Shown here: piece after piece, positions 18,383-28,424 of the stretch | Layout: each line of letters opens with the position of its first letter | How positions within the stretch are numbered: the first letter of the stretch is position 1 | Origin: Nitrosopumilus sp. | Lineage (GTDB): Archaea > Thermoproteota > Nitrososphaeria > Nitrososphaerales > Nitrosopumilaceae | Length of the DNA stretch: 64,000 bases | Reading direction: 5' to 3' | Assembly: GCA_965205215.1 (NCBI GenBank) | Contig: OZ242041.1 | Span: 288,001 to 352,000 of the forward strand | Position numbers and translations under genes: made by a program | The notes under the pieces: generated by a model | Databases searched by the model: none | What the model was told of the DNA's origin: nothing | What the model saw: the letters and a program-made list of their open reading frames with translations, nothing else

Positions 18383-19498
18383 ATGGGGATGGAATTTTAC
18401 GGTGACGATTACCGGGGGGCCGATGTCGCGCCGTTTGTTGGAATAAACACATTTCTGCACCTGCCCTGGATCAGAAGCCACGCCGAGCTGGTAGATGCAA
18501 ACCCCGACGTGGCGATAATAGGAGAACCGTTTGACTTTGGTACCACGATACGGCCGGGTGCAAGATACGGCCCGCGGGCCCTGCGCGCCGCGTCCACCAT
18601 ACCGTCCCCGCCGTACGAGCGGTTCAACATAGAGACCGGGGCCGACCCGTTTGGCACGTTCAGAACCGTGGACTACGGCGACGTGCAGGTCTCGCCGGGT
18701 GACGTGATAGAGTCACACAAGAGGATGACCGCAAAGGTCAAGGAGGTGCTCGAGCAAGACGGCATCCCGGTCATGCTCGGGGGGGACCACTCCATAACGT
18801 ATGCCAACGTAAGGGCGTTTGCAAAAAAGTACAAGCGGATAGGAATGATACACTTTGACACGCACGCGGACTGCGCGCCGCAGGGCCTGACGGGCTACAA
18901 GTACGACCACGGGGCCCACATACGCCGCATAATGGAGATCGGGTGCATGAAGGGGCGCAACTACTCGCTTGTGGGACCGCGCGGATACTGGCCGGGGCCT
19001 GACCTTTACAAGTGGATGTCCGACCAGGACTTTCAATGGTTTACGATGCTCGACGTGGAGGAGATGGGTATAGACTATATCGCAAAGGAGATTGCGGACC
19101 GCGCAAACGACGGGACGGACGCGGTATACCTGAGCTGGGACATAGACTCGTTTGACCCCGCATACGCCCCCGGCACCGGGGAGCCGGAGCCCAACGGACT
19201 AACGTCCAGGGAGGGCATACGCATGATCAGGCTGCTCTCGAAATCCTTTGACCCGGACCGCTTTGCGATGGATCTGGTGGAGGTCGCGCCGGCGTACGAC
19301 GTCAGCGATAACAGCTCGTACAACGGCGGGATTACCTCTGGCCTTGGCCAGCGGCTGATAGTGGAGCTGCTGGCGGGACTCTCGCTTACAAAGAGGGGGC
19401 TTGAGGGCGGCAGCCCCGTCAGGCCGAGGGACTATCGCGGTACGGGCAACACATACAACTTTGGAAACCCACGGGCGGAGATTCCTGATCGCGGTTGA
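18383..19498 (+). CDS. Ureohydrolase (agmatinase/arginase family), substrate uncertain
   Basis: RPGARYGP, GGDHS, DTHAD and SWDIDSFDP..APGTG.PE motifs; all binuclear metal ligands are present. Confidence 0.93.
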   Translation: MGMEFYGDDYRGADVAPFVGINTFLHLPWIRSHAELVDANPDVAIIGEPFDFGTTIRPGARYGPRALRAASTIPSPPYERFNIETGADPFGTFRTVDYGDVQVSPGDVIESHKRMTAKVKEVLEQDGIPVMLGGDHSITYANVRAFAKKYKRIGMIHFDTHADCAPQGLTGYKYDHGAHIRRIMEIGCMKGRNYSLVGPRGYWPGPDLYKWMSDQDFQWFTMLDVEEMGIDYIAKEIADRANDGTDAVYLSWDIDSFDPAYAPGTGEPEPNGLTSREGIRMIRLLSKSFDPDRFAMDLVEVAPAYDVSDNSSYNGGITSGLGQRLIVELLAGLSLTKRGLEGGSPVRPRDYRGTGNTYNFGNPRAEIPDRG

Positions 19499-20088
19499 CG
19501 GGTAATACGCGCAGCAGCGGCCGCCTGCAGTGCACCATACAGGTAACCGCGCGGGGGGCAGACAGGGACATGGGCCCGCTGACCAGGCGGTACGATATAA
19601 TGGACAGAAACGACGAGGAGATGCTTGCGGCGGCGGCCGACTCAATCCAGAACATGATCGCCGGCAACCGCAGGATAAACATCAACGACGTCATGCTGCT
19701 GTACGGTGCATGCGCGTACTCGTCTGCGGCAGCGGCAGGCCGGCAGGGCTCGTGCATGTCTGCAATCGAGGAGGGGCTGCCGGACATGCTGTCTGACCAC
19801 CAGGTGATGATCGGCGTGCCGGACATGATCAGGCGCCTTGAGATCAGCATCATGGACAGGACAGGCGGCGGCGGCGCGGCAGATGTAGTGATACAGGATC
19901 CAATCAGGCCCGCATCATACATGAAACGGGGATTGAGTCAGGGGCAGTCGTCATCACCATCGTCATCACCATCGTCATCACCATCGTCATCACCATCGTC
20001 ATCACCATCGTCATCACCATCATCGGCGGCGGCATCGCTTAGCAACAGCGATGGCGGCGGCAGGATAATCTCGGGTGAGATGCCATGA
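19495..20088 (+). CDS. Divergent urease gamma-subunit-like protein
   Basis: Aligns by eye with UreA at 26071-26373 (RININDV~KLNHPEA; QVMIGVPDMIRRLEI~[15 protein letters not shown]; VVIQDPI~VTVHDPI). Start and stop overlap both neighbours. Confidence 0.7.
   Translation: MTGNTRSSGRLQCTIQVTARGADRDMGPLTRRYDIMDRNDEEMLAAAADSIQNMIAGNRRININDVMLLYGACAYSSAAAAGRQGSCMSAIEEGLPDMLSDHQVMIGVPDMIRRLEISIMDRTGGGGAADVVIQDPIRPASYMKRGLSQGQSSSPSSSPSSSPSSSPSSSPSSSPSSAAASLSNSDGGGRIISGEMP
19948..20019 (+). repeat. Tandem repeat (TCGTCATCACCA)x6 encoding (SSSP)6
   Basis: Six perfect 12-nt copies read directly. Confidence 0.95.
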
Positions 20089-20945
20089 CCGTGCTGGACG
20101 GACTGCTTGCAGGCGCATACCACGCGCCGTATGCAGAGGCTCCCCTGCTTTTGCTGGGGGCCGGGCTGCTGATAGGGCTGTACCATGCATTGGAGCCGGA
20201 TCACGTAACCGCAATGCTGTCGTCTGTCAGACGGGGGCAGAGGGGGGAAGAGAAGCAGAGTAGGAGGAGGGCAGGCATATCGGGCTCCATATCGGGCTTG
20301 TTATGGGGGTTCGGGCACGCGTCTAGCATATTTCTAGTGGCGGTGTTAGTCATAATACTGTCCGTAAACATCCCACACGAACTGTTTGACATATTCGAGA
20401 TGGGGGTGGGCGCGATGCTGCTCCTGCTTGGCGTGTCGGCGATACGCGGAGGCGACGACGGCACAAAAAGGTGGGGGGTGCCATTCCTGTCACGACTCTG
20501 GACGCACTCGCACGTCCATACGCACGAGGACGGAACGACGCACTCACACCCGCACAGACACGACGACAAACACGGGGGTGGGGGTGATGACGGCAGCACG
20601 GGCCACTCGCACAGCCACGTCCCGTACGTCATAGGATGCGTGCACGGCCTGGCCGGAAGCGGGGGGTTGGTGATATTGGCCCTGTCGGCCGTACCGGACG
20701 CAATAGCATCGTCTGCGGCCGATGCCGGGGCGCTGCTGCCGCTGCCGCTATTGCTTGCGTCAGTGTTTGGCGCTGGATCAACGATCGGCATGGTGCTGGT
20801 GGCGGGTGCCCTGTCACTGTTGTTTGCGGCATGCGGCAGCACCAACACCGCAAGGAGGGCAATCCGGTACGCGTCAGGGGGCGCCGCAATACTGTTTGGC
20901 GCGTATATCATTGCGAGCGGCGCGGCCGCAGCGCTGGGGATATAG
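20085..20945 (+). CDS. High-affinity nickel permease (UreH/HoxN/NixA-like)
   Basis: HALEPDH motif, GFGH, a His-rich loop (HSHVHTHEDGTTHSHPHRH) and HGLAGS. About 6-7 TM segments. Confidence 0.88.
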   Translation: MTVLDGLLAGAYHAPYAEAPLLLLGAGLLIGLYHALEPDHVTAMLSSVRRGQRGEEKQSRRRAGISGSISGLLWGFGHASSIFLVAVLVIILSVNIPHELFDIFEMGVGAMLLLLGVSAIRGGDDGTKRWGVPFLSRLWTHSHVHTHEDGTTHSHPHRHDDKHGGGGDDGSTGHSHSHVPYVIGCVHGLAGSGGLVILALSAVPDAIASSAADAGALLPLPLLLASVFGAGSTIGMVLVAGALSLLFAACGSTNTARRAIRYASGGAAILFGAYIIASGAAAALGI

Positions 20946-20976
20946 CGGCGTCAGCAGAAAGCAACAACCAAGAGCA

Positions 20977-21546
20977 CTAGCGGGTCGTAGTCTCCGGATT
21001 GGACGGCTCGGCCCTGCCGCTGCCGCCTCCCACGTTTCCGCGGCCCAGCAGCAGACTGCGCGACTTTAGCGTCTTCCGGATCAGGACGAACCCGAGCGCG
21101 GTCGTAATGGCGCCAAACAGGATGTGCGTCACGTTGGCATCCTCCCCAGTGGACATCATGGTAAAGCCCAGCCCCAGCAGCATCATCAGGCCGCCCAGTC
21201 CGGCAAAGATTATCATTACAAGGGGCAGTTTCTGCGGAGGCCTCGGCAGCTCGTTTTTTGATTTTGGCGCCGTGGGAACGGGAACGGCCCCGTTTGATAC
21301 CGCCTCGTAGCAGACGTGGCAGTAGTTGTGGTGGATGCCGCCCTTGTTGTACGGCTTCATAAAGTAATAGTCGACGCCGCACAGATCGCACTTCCTGGTA
21401 GGGCTTACAATCTTGGCGTGCTTGTCAAACTCCTTGCCGAGCTCCAGCATGCAGGGCCTGCAATAGTAGCCCGGTATGCGCCACATGCGCTGGAACTTGT
21501 ATTTCTTCCATCCAAGGGTGATGCCGCACCCGGCGCAGTGTGTCAC
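20977..21546 (-). CDS. Double zinc-finger membrane protein
   Basis: Four CxxC pairs (CAGC, CRPC, CDLC, CHVC) followed by two TM helices. Starts 7 nt after the DUR3 stop. Confidence 0.75.
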   Translation of the reverse strand: MTHCAGCGITLGWKKYKFQRMWRIPGYYCRPCMLELGKEFDKHAKIVSPTRKCDLCGVDYYFMKPYNKGGIHHNYCHVCYEAVSNGAVPVPTAPKSKNELPRPPQKLPLVMIIFAGLGGLMMLLGLGFTMMSTGEDANVTHILFGAITTALGFVLIRKTLKSRSLLLGRGNVGGGSGRAEPSNPETTTR

Positions 21547-21552
21547 GAGGGA

Positions 21553-23772
21553 TCACGCCCCCGATTTTGCCCCGTCGTCCTTTCCGCTTTTGGCGTCGTC
21601 GCCACCGCTGTCGTCATCGTCGCCGCCACCGCCGGCTTCATCGGCAGGATCATCCTCGACGGCCTCCTGCGCCCCGGATTCCGTGACGACTGCCTTCCTG
21701 CCCCTGGCAACCTGTGCGATTCCATGCCTCGCTTCTATGATGGGTAGCCCAACTATAAAAAAGGTCGCGGCGCTCACCCATGTGACTGCTATGCCGACCC
21801 ACAGAGAGTAGAACCCGATGTCAAACACGTACCCGGAGAAGAACAGCGGCATGGGCCACGCTATGATCAGCACCAAGGTCATGATCCCGCCTCCCTTGAG
21901 GCTGAACTTGAACGCGCGGTTAAGCGTCCTTTCGTCCGCGTCGAGCGCCGCCTTCTCGGCCTGGCTGATGTCCACCAGCTTTATCCTCTCCCTCATTAAT
22001 GCCCAGTCGAACTTGGTCCTGCTTGCCAAGCTTCCCAGGCCCGCGATGGCGCCGCCCGTAAGTATGCCGGCTATGTTACCGAAGAGCATAGAGTAGTTGT
22101 GCCCCAGGCTGGCAAGCGACACCTCGCCCCCGAACTCCGGCAGCGACGCGGCCACGCCGACCCAAGTGCCCAGCGCCACGAAGAGCCCCGCAATCGCGCC
22201 TATCGTGGCGGCGTACTTGTTTGTGCGCTTCCACGTGATCGTCAGGGCTATCGGTATCACGGCAGAGCCGATCAGCACGCCCATCGCCAGGTATACGAAT
22301 CCCAGTGACAGTCCCATGCTCAGCAGTATCACCGCCAGGCCCCCCATGCCCAGGCCGAACCCGATTATGGTGGCGCGCGAGACCTTTAGCAGCTGTTTTC
22401 CCGACGCCGACGGGTTCTTGTACGTCCTATACACGTCGTACGTGATCAGCGACGAGACGGCGATCAGCTCGGCGGATCCCGCCGACGTCACGGCCATGAA
22501 CAGCATGGTCAGCACCATCACGGCGCCTACCTCGCCCATCAAAACCGATGCGGCGGCGGGCACCGTAAGCCCGAGCTGAACCTGCTCTGGCGTCAGGTCC
22601 ACGCCAAGCGCGACGGCCGTGAGGCCCATTGTAGTTGCAAGCGTAAACGGAATGGCAAACCAGCAGGCGCCACCGAGGAGGAACCCCTTTACCGTGGACT
22701 GCGGGCGCGCGGCAATCGCGCGCTGCCAGTACGCCTGGTCCACAAACACGGTGCCAAAGTTGCCCACGATGTTGATCACGCCGAATATCAGACCCCCGAG
22801 GGACGCCATGGTAAGGTAGGCGCCCGCCGCGTTGCCCTCCACCGGGCTTATGCGCGCGGCCTCGACGAGCTTGTCGTACATTCCCTCGATGCCGCCCGTA
22901 ATGGGGCTGATAAAGTAGACCGTGCTGACGAATATCAGTATCACGATGAATATGATTATGGTATGCATGTAGTCTGCAACGAACGTGGCCTTTAGCCCGC
23001 CGACCAGCGTGTATATCATCACGCCTATCGGGATCAGGAACGCGGCAAGCGAGATATCCATGCCGGTCAGCCCGTTGACGACTGCAGCGCCGCCGAGCAG
23101 CAGCATGGCTGTAACTATCATGTTGGTCATCAGGGCGAACACGAGAAAGACCCGGTGGGCGCCGCCGCCGTACCTGGCCCTTATGATCTCCAGGAACGTG
23201 TGGGCGTTGGGCGCCTTGCGCTTGAGCTCTATTGCCAGTATGCCGAAGAGAAGGACCTGTATGGATGCGCCTGCCGCATACCAGAACGGACCGCTTACCC
23301 CGTACTGGTAGGCAACCGTCGACGACTGCAGCAGCGTGGCGGCCCACGTCCAAGCAGATACAATGGCAGCCGCAGTAAGGCCTGTTTTGATCACTCTGCC
23401 AGCCGTGTTGAACCACTCTGAGGTCTGGGAGACGCCTAGGTATCGTTCCTCCACCTTTGTCTCGATCGTGATTACGATCGCGAACACGGCGCCGAGGCCC
23501 ACAACTATGAACCAGCCCCAGCTCTCGTCGAGCACGTCGCCTATCGTGAATCCTTCCGCGATGGCACCGGCACCAAACGCCGGGTTTGGGACGCAGGATA
23601 TAGCCAGTACGGCGACCAGCGCCACTGCCGCAGACGGCAAAAACGCCTGCCGGGACATGATCGCCTTTTTGTTAGCAGCCGCAGCAGACGCAATGGATTC
23701 AAGCGGCGCCACTACTGATGCCGTTATCGTAGAGAGGGTGGTAGTCGCAGGCTGTCCGCGCTCCATGCGCAT
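21553..23772 (-). CDS. dur3: DUR3-like urea active transporter (SSS family)
   Basis: VSAWTWAATLLQSS, GPFWYAAGA, GNFGTVFVDQAYWQRAIAA. Directly downstream of ureC. The start may be at 23658 (signal-like MSRQAF...PAFG). Confidence 0.92.
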   Translation of the reverse strand: MRMERGQPATTTLSTITASVVAPLESIASAAAANKKAIMSRQAFLPSAAVALVAVLAISCVPNPAFGAGAIAEGFTIGDVLDESWGWFIVVGLGAVFAIVITIETKVEERYLGVSQTSEWFNTAGRVIKTGLTAAAIVSAWTWAATLLQSSTVAYQYGVSGPFWYAAGASIQVLLFGILAIELKRKAPNAHTFLEIIRARYGGGAHRVFLVFALMTNMIVTAMLLLGGAAVVNGLTGMDISLAAFLIPIGVMIYTLVGGLKATFVADYMHTIIIFIVILIFVSTVYFISPITGGIEGMYDKLVEAARISPVEGNAAGAYLTMASLGGLIFGVINIVGNFGTVFVDQAYWQRAIAARPQSTVKGFLLGGACWFAIPFTLATTMGLTAVALGVDLTPEQVQLGLTVPAAASVLMGEVGAVMVLTMLFMAVTSAGSAELIAVSSLITYDVYRTYKNPSASGKQLLKVSRATIIGFGLGMGGLAVILLSMGLSLGFVYLAMGVLIGSAVIPIALTITWKRTNKYAATIGAIAGLFVALGTWVGVAASLPEFGGEVSLASLGHNYSMLFGNIAGILTGGAIAGLGSLASRTKFDWALMRERIKLVDISQAEKAALDADERTLNRAFKFSLKGGGIMTLVLIIAWPMPLFFSGYVFDIGFYSLWVGIAVTWVSAATFFIVGLPIIEARHGIAQVARGRKAVVTESGAQEAVEDDPADEAGGGGDDDDSGGDDAKSGKDDGAKSGA

Positions 23773-23851
23773 ACGTGTGGCCTGCTTTCCCCATATGCGT
23801 TCAAACCGTATCTCGCCTTATATACAAAAAACTAGTCGATGTCGACTAAGC

Positions 23852-25564
23852 CTAGTACAGGCTGTACAACCTTCCAAGGGACAGGCGCGTCGCCGGTTCG
23901 GCGGTGGCCGGCCTGCCGTCCACCACGACCTCGTAGGTCTCAGGATTGATGCGTATCTCAGGCGTCAGGTCGTTGTGCACCATGTCCTTTTTGCCTATGC
24001 CGCGGCAGTTCTCGACTGGCACCAGCCTCTTTGAGGTCCCAAGGCTGTCCGGAAGCCCGCGGGCAATGGCCAGCTTTGACGTGAACGTGACCGACGTCGA
24101 GTGCTTGGCCGAGCCGAGCGCCCCGAACATCGGGCGGTAGTACACAGGCTCAGTCGTCGGTATGCTCGCGTTGGGATCGCCCATCAGCGAGTACGCGACA
24201 AACCCGCCCTTTATGATCATCTTGGGCTTTATGCCAAAGAACTGCGGTGTCCACACCACGATGTCGGCAAGCTTGCCGGGCTCAAGCGAGCCGACGTGGG
24301 CCGATATCCCGTGCGTTATGGCCGGGTTTATGGTAATCTTGGCAAGGTACCTCTTTACGCGCACGTTGTCGTTGTCGCCGCGCTCGCTGGCAAGCCGCCC
24401 CGTGCTGCGCTTCATCTTGTCGGCGGTCTGCCAGTTCCTGGTGGTAACCTCCCCCACCCGTCCCATCGCCTGGCTGTCAGAGGACATCATGGATATGGCG
24501 CCCATGTCGTGCAGGACGTCCTCCGCCGCTATGGTCTCGCCGCGTATGCGCGACTCGGCAAACGAGAGGTCCTCCGGGACGGAGGGGTTCAGGTGGTGGC
24601 AGACCATCATCATGTCGAGGTGCTCCGCCAGCGTGTTCACCGTGAACGGGCGCGTAGGGTTGGTGGAGGACGGCAGTATGTTAGGCTCCCCGGCCACCCT
24701 CATTATGTCGGGCGCGTGCCCCCCGCCGGCCCCCTCCGTATGGTACGTGTGGATGGTCCGGCCCGCTATGGCCTGTATGGTATCGTCCACAAAGCCGCAC
24801 TCGTTGAGCGTGTCGGTGTGTATCGCAACCTGCGTGTCCGTCTCGTCTGCCACGCGCAGGGCCGAGTCTATGGTGGCGGGAGTCGTCCCCCAGTCCTCGT
24901 GCAGCTTTAGCCCGCAGGCGCCGGCTCCCACCTGCTCCAGAAGCGACTCGGGCCTGGAGTCGTTGCCCTTGCAGAGGAACCCAAAGTTGAGAGGGTATTC
25001 CTCGGCGGCCTCTATCATGCGGTGTATGTTCCACGAGCCCGGCGTGCAGGTCGTGGCCTTTGTGCCGTCGGCGGGGCCCGTGCCGCCGCCTATCATGGTG
25101 GTGGTGCCGTTGCATATGGCGTCCACCGCCTGCTGCGGCGAGATGAAGTGGATGTGAGTGTCTATGGTGCCCGGCGTGCATATCGTGTGCTCGCCGGCGA
25201 TCACCTCCGTGTTCGAGGACACGGTCATCTCGATGCCGTCCATGATGTGGGGGTTTCCGGCGTTCCCGACGCCCGCGATTAGCCCGTCCTTTATCCCGAT
25301 GTCGGCCTTTACGATGCCAAGCACCGGGTCCATGACGATCGCGTTTGTAATCAGCAGGTCAAGCGAGTCCTCCCGCAGGACGCCGCTGGCCTGGCCCATT
25401 CCGTCGCGCGCGCTCTTCCCGCCGCCAAAGACGATCTCGTCGCCGTGCACGAGCAGGTCGCGCTCGATCTCTATTATCAGGTCCGTGTCGGCAAGCCGGA
25501 CCCTGTCGCCGGCGGTGGGCCCGAACAGCTCGGCGTACCGGCGCCGCGGAATCTCAAGCGTCAC
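23852..25564 (-). CDS. ureC: Urease alpha (catalytic) subunit
   Basis: [36 protein letters not shown] flap and SSDSQAMGR motifs. Confidence 0.99.
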   Translation of the reverse strand: MTLEIPRRRYAELFGPTAGDRVRLADTDLIIEIERDLLVHGDEIVFGGGKSARDGMGQASGVLREDSLDLLITNAIVMDPVLGIVKADIGIKDGLIAGVGNAGNPHIMDGIEMTVSSNTEVIAGEHTICTPGTIDTHIHFISPQQAVDAICNGTTTMIGGGTGPADGTKATTCTPGSWNIHRMIEAAEEYPLNFGFLCKGNDSRPESLLEQVGAGACGLKLHEDWGTTPATIDSALRVADETDTQVAIHTDTLNECGFVDDTIQAIAGRTIHTYHTEGAGGGHAPDIMRVAGEPNILPSSTNPTRPFTVNTLAEHLDMMMVCHHLNPSVPEDLSFAESRIRGETIAAEDVLHDMGAISMMSSDSQAMGRVGEVTTRNWQTADKMKRSTGRLASERGDNDNVRVKRYLAKITINPAITHGISAHVGSLEPGKLADIVVWTPQFFGIKPKMIIKGGFVAYSLMGDPNASIPTTEPVYYRPMFGALGSAKHSTSVTFTSKLAIARGLPDSLGTSKRLVPVENCRGIGKKDMVHNDLTPEIRINPETYEVVVDGRPATAEPATRLSLGRLYSLY

Positions 25565-26025
25565 TGCGACCTGTACCCCCTCTCCGCGGCAAGGCGCAGG
25601 GCCCCGTCCCTCTTCTGGTCGAGCGGCCCGTTCACCAGCCCGCCAAAGCCGTACACCGTCCTCTCCCCGCCGTACGCGACAAGGCTGACTGTGCGCGAGT
25701 CGCCCGGCTCGAACCGGACGGACGTCCCGGCGGGAATGTTCAGGTGGAACCCGTACGCCCTTTGCCGGTCAAAGGACAGGGCCCTGTTTGCCTCAAAAAA
25801 GTGGGCGTGCGATCCGACCTGCACGGGGCGGTCCCCCGTGTTCGTGACCTGCACCGACACGGTGTCCCTGTCCCGGTTGAGTACGATGTCGCCACCGGCT
25901 ATGATGTACTCGCCGGGTATTTCGCGCGCGATCACTGCCCGGCCGCCGCCCCCGTGGTTTTCAATGCGATCCTGGTGGTCGTCGTCGTAATTATCATTAT
26001 TAACATCACCTGCCACCATTACCAC
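25561..26025 (-). CDS. ureB: Urease beta subunit
   Basis: [21 protein letters not shown] and [15 protein letters not shown]-terminal low-complexity extension. Confidence 0.97.
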   Translation of the reverse strand: MVMVAGDVNNDNYDDDHQDRIENHGGGGRAVIAREIPGEYIIAGGDIVLNRDRDTVSVQVTNTGDRPVQVGSHAHFFEANRALSFDRQRAYGFHLNIPAGTSVRFEPGDSRTVSLVAYGGERTVYGFGGLVNGPLDQKRDGALRLAAERGYRSQ

Positions 26026-26070
26026 CTGCCATCATCACAGTCCCCACCACGCAAGCACGACGACACATCC

Positions 26071-26373
26071 TCACTTTGCTATCGGGTCGTGTACGGTCAC
26101 GAGCTTTGTGCCGTCGTCAAACGTGGCCTCCACCTGTATCGAGTGTATCAGATCCGGAACCTGCGGCAGCACGTCGTCCTTGCAGAGAACGCTTCTGCCC
26201 GAGCTCATCAGCTCGGGCACGGTCCTGCCGTCACGCGCGCCCTCCAGTATGTGGTCCGTGATTACGGCGACAGCCTCCGGATGGTTGAGCTTGAGGCCGC
26301 GCTCCTTGCGGCGCATCGCAAGCTGGGCCGCAAGGAACACGTGCAGCTTGTCAATCTCCCGCGGCGTGAGCAT
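26071..26373 (-). CDS. ureA: Urease gamma subunit
   Basis: [18 protein letters not shown] and [17 protein letters not shown]. Confidence 0.98.
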   Translation of the reverse strand: MLTPREIDKLHVFLAAQLAMRRKERGLKLNHPEAVAVITDHILEGARDGRTVPELMSSGRSVLCKDDVLPQVPDLIHSIQVEATFDDGTKLVTVHDPIAK

Positions 26374-26468
26374 CAATATTGAACCTACGTGCGTGACATA
26401 TTTAATAATTGAGGGGGCAGGGGGTGGGCGCAGGCAAAGTATAATTTGACACGCCGGCCAATCACGGC

Positions 26469-27014
26469 ATGCTGGATGTATACACCAAGATAGCGGGCAA
26501 CAAACTCAACGGCGACGAAAGGCGCGCAAGGGGCGGCGAGGAATTATTCGATACGGCCGTGATGCCGAGGGCCGACATGGCAAAGAGCAGGCAGCTTGTA
26601 AGGACAGAGTCGGGGGCCGAGGTAGGGATAAACCTGAGCCGGGGCACGACGCTGCGCCACGGGGACATCCTGCAAAGCGAGAACCAGAAGAGGGGGCCCC
26701 TAATGATCCAGCAGTCCCCCGAAAAGGTCGTCGTGGCAAGATTTCAGGCCCGGGATCCGGAGGACAACCATGGCATGCCATCTGTCAATGATTATTTCGA
26801 GTTATGCCTGGTCATGGGTCACGTAATAGGAAACAGGCACCGTCCCATCTCTGTCAACGGGGAGGAGAAGACCGTGTCGTTTCCGATACAGGACGATTCT
26901 GAACTAGAGACGTTTGAGAGGCTGCTTGGCCAGGCGGGGGGCGACGTCGAACTGAGGATTGCAAGGGAGATCTTTGTGCCGCATACGGGGGCCGACGTGC
27001 ATGGGCACCAGTGA
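26469..27014 (+). CDS. ureE: Urease accessory protein UreE
   Basis: [15 protein letters not shown] Ni site and a C-terminal HGH. Divergent from ureA. Confidence 0.92.
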   Translation: MLDVYTKIAGNKLNGDERRARGGEELFDTAVMPRADMAKSRQLVRTESGAEVGINLSRGTTLRHGDILQSENQKRGPLMIQQSPEKVVVARFQARDPEDNHGMPSVNDYFELCLVMGHVIGNRHRPISVNGEEKTVSFPIQDDSELETFERLLGQAGGDVELRIAREIFVPHTGADVHGHQ

Positions 27015-27732
27015 CGCGGGAGCGGCGGGGGACGGCCCCGGCGCCTGCGCGCCGGACGATCTTGACGCCCTGCAGATATCAGACTCGCTGTTTCCCACCG
27101 GGATGTTTGCGTCATCAGGCGGACTGGAGCTGATGTTTGCCAAGGGAATGGTAACTGGCGCGCGGGAGCTGTCTGCGCTGTGCAGGGACCTGATCACCCA
27201 CCAGGTCGGCGTTGCAGACTGCGTGGCCCTTGCAAACGCGTACGACGCGGCGTTCCGCAAAGACACGGATGCCATAGAGGAGGTGGATGCCGCATGCTGC
27301 TCTACGAAGACGGTGCGGGAGGCAAGGGACGCGTACGTGCGCTCCGGAGTGCAGCTGTGCAGGTGCGTTGCAGGGTTTTGCGGCGACGCGCGCCTGGCAA
27401 GATACATGGAGTGCATAGATGACGGGAGGGCCTCCGGGGTCTACCCGGTCGCACTGGGCGTGTGCTGCCGCGCGCTCGGGATCGGAAAAGAAAAGGCCGC
27501 GCTGATCATGCTGTATGGGTTTGTCTCAAACATGGCGGGCGCGGCGCTGCGGCTGGGAATGATACATCACTTTGAGGCGCAGGGGATAATTCACGAGCTA
27601 AAGCCCGTCATGCGGGAGGCCGCCGCGTCGTCGGTTGCAAAGGACGTGTCGGAGATGTGGCAGTTCTGCCCGCACGCCGAGGCGCTGCAGATGGCCCATG
27701 CGAGGACTGATGCAAAAATGTTCATTACGTGA
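27001..27732 (+). CDS. ureF: Urease accessory protein UreF
   Basis: LQISDSLFPTGMFASSGGLE and C-terminal H....KMFIT. Confidence 0.95.
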   Translation: MGTSDAGAAGDGPGACAPDDLDALQISDSLFPTGMFASSGGLELMFAKGMVTGARELSALCRDLITHQVGVADCVALANAYDAAFRKDTDAIEEVDAACCSTKTVREARDAYVRSGVQLCRCVAGFCGDARLARYMECIDDGRASGVYPVALGVCCRALGIGKEKAALIMLYGFVSNMAGAALRLGMIHHFEAQGIIHELKPVMREAAASSVAKDVSEMWQFCPHAEALQMAHARTDAKMFIT

Positions 27733-28424
27733 CGGGAGGACGGCGCGGTATGGCGGAGAGGATACCTAGGATCGGAATAGGCGGGCCCGTGGGCTCCGGA
27801 AAGAGCATGCTGATTGAGCGCGTGGTGCCCGTGCTGGCGGGCCGCGGATACAGCGTGAGCATAATATCAAACGACGTCATATCAAAGGAGGACGCGGACC
27901 GCATGAGATCCAACCTGGCCACGGAGCGCGGCCTGCTGCCGGAGAACTTGGTCGTGGGGCTGGCGACTGGCGGGTGCCCGCACACGGCCGTGAGGGAGGA
28001 TCCGTCAATGAACATATCGGTAATAGAGGACATTGAAAGGGAGCACCCCGAGCTGGACCTCATAATAATAGAGAGCGGCGGCGACAACATAACCACCACG
28101 TTCAGCCCGCTGCTTGCAGACTACTTCATCTACATCGTAGACGTGGCCGGCGGCGACAAGTATCCAAGGAAGGGCGGGCTTGGAATAACGAGCTGCGACC
28201 TGCTTGTGATAAACAAGACGGACCTGGCGCCCATGGTGGGCGCGGACCTGGAGGTGATGAGAACAGACGCCCTGAGAATCAGGGGCGCGGAAAAGCCGTT
28301 TGTCTTTGTCAACTGCATGGCCGACCGGGGCATACCGGAAGTGGCAGACCTGATAGTAAGAAACCTGCTATTCGGGGAGCCCCCGAAGAGCCGCGCCGCA
28401 AAGGTGGGGGAAGTGCAGCAGTGA
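27729..28424 (+). CDS. ureG: Urease accessory GTPase UreG
   Basis: GGPVGSGKS, TGGCPHTAVRED, ESGGDN and NKTD. Confidence 0.98.
   Translation: MTGGRRGMAERIPRIGIGGPVGSGKSMLIERVVPVLAGRGYSVSIISNDVISKEDADRMRSNLATERGLLPENLVVGLATGGCPHTAVREDPSMNISVIEDIEREHPELDLIIIESGGDNITTTFSPLLADYFIYIVDVAGGDKYPRKGGLGITSCDLLVINKTDLAPMVGADLEVMRTDALRIRGAEKPFVFVNCMADRGIPEVADLIVRNLLFGEPPKSRAAKVGEVQQ

Noticed and set aside
18383-19498. Calling the ureohydrolase a guanidinase (GdmH) or speB
   Set aside because: It lacks the Trp I associate with guanidinases, there are no HypA/HypB-like maturases adjacent, and it also deviates from the usual agmatinase motif. The substrate is left open.
19948-20019. Tandem repeats as a CRISPR array
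   Set aside because: The 12-nt units are contiguous, have no spacers and lie in frame within a CDS. No cas genes are present.
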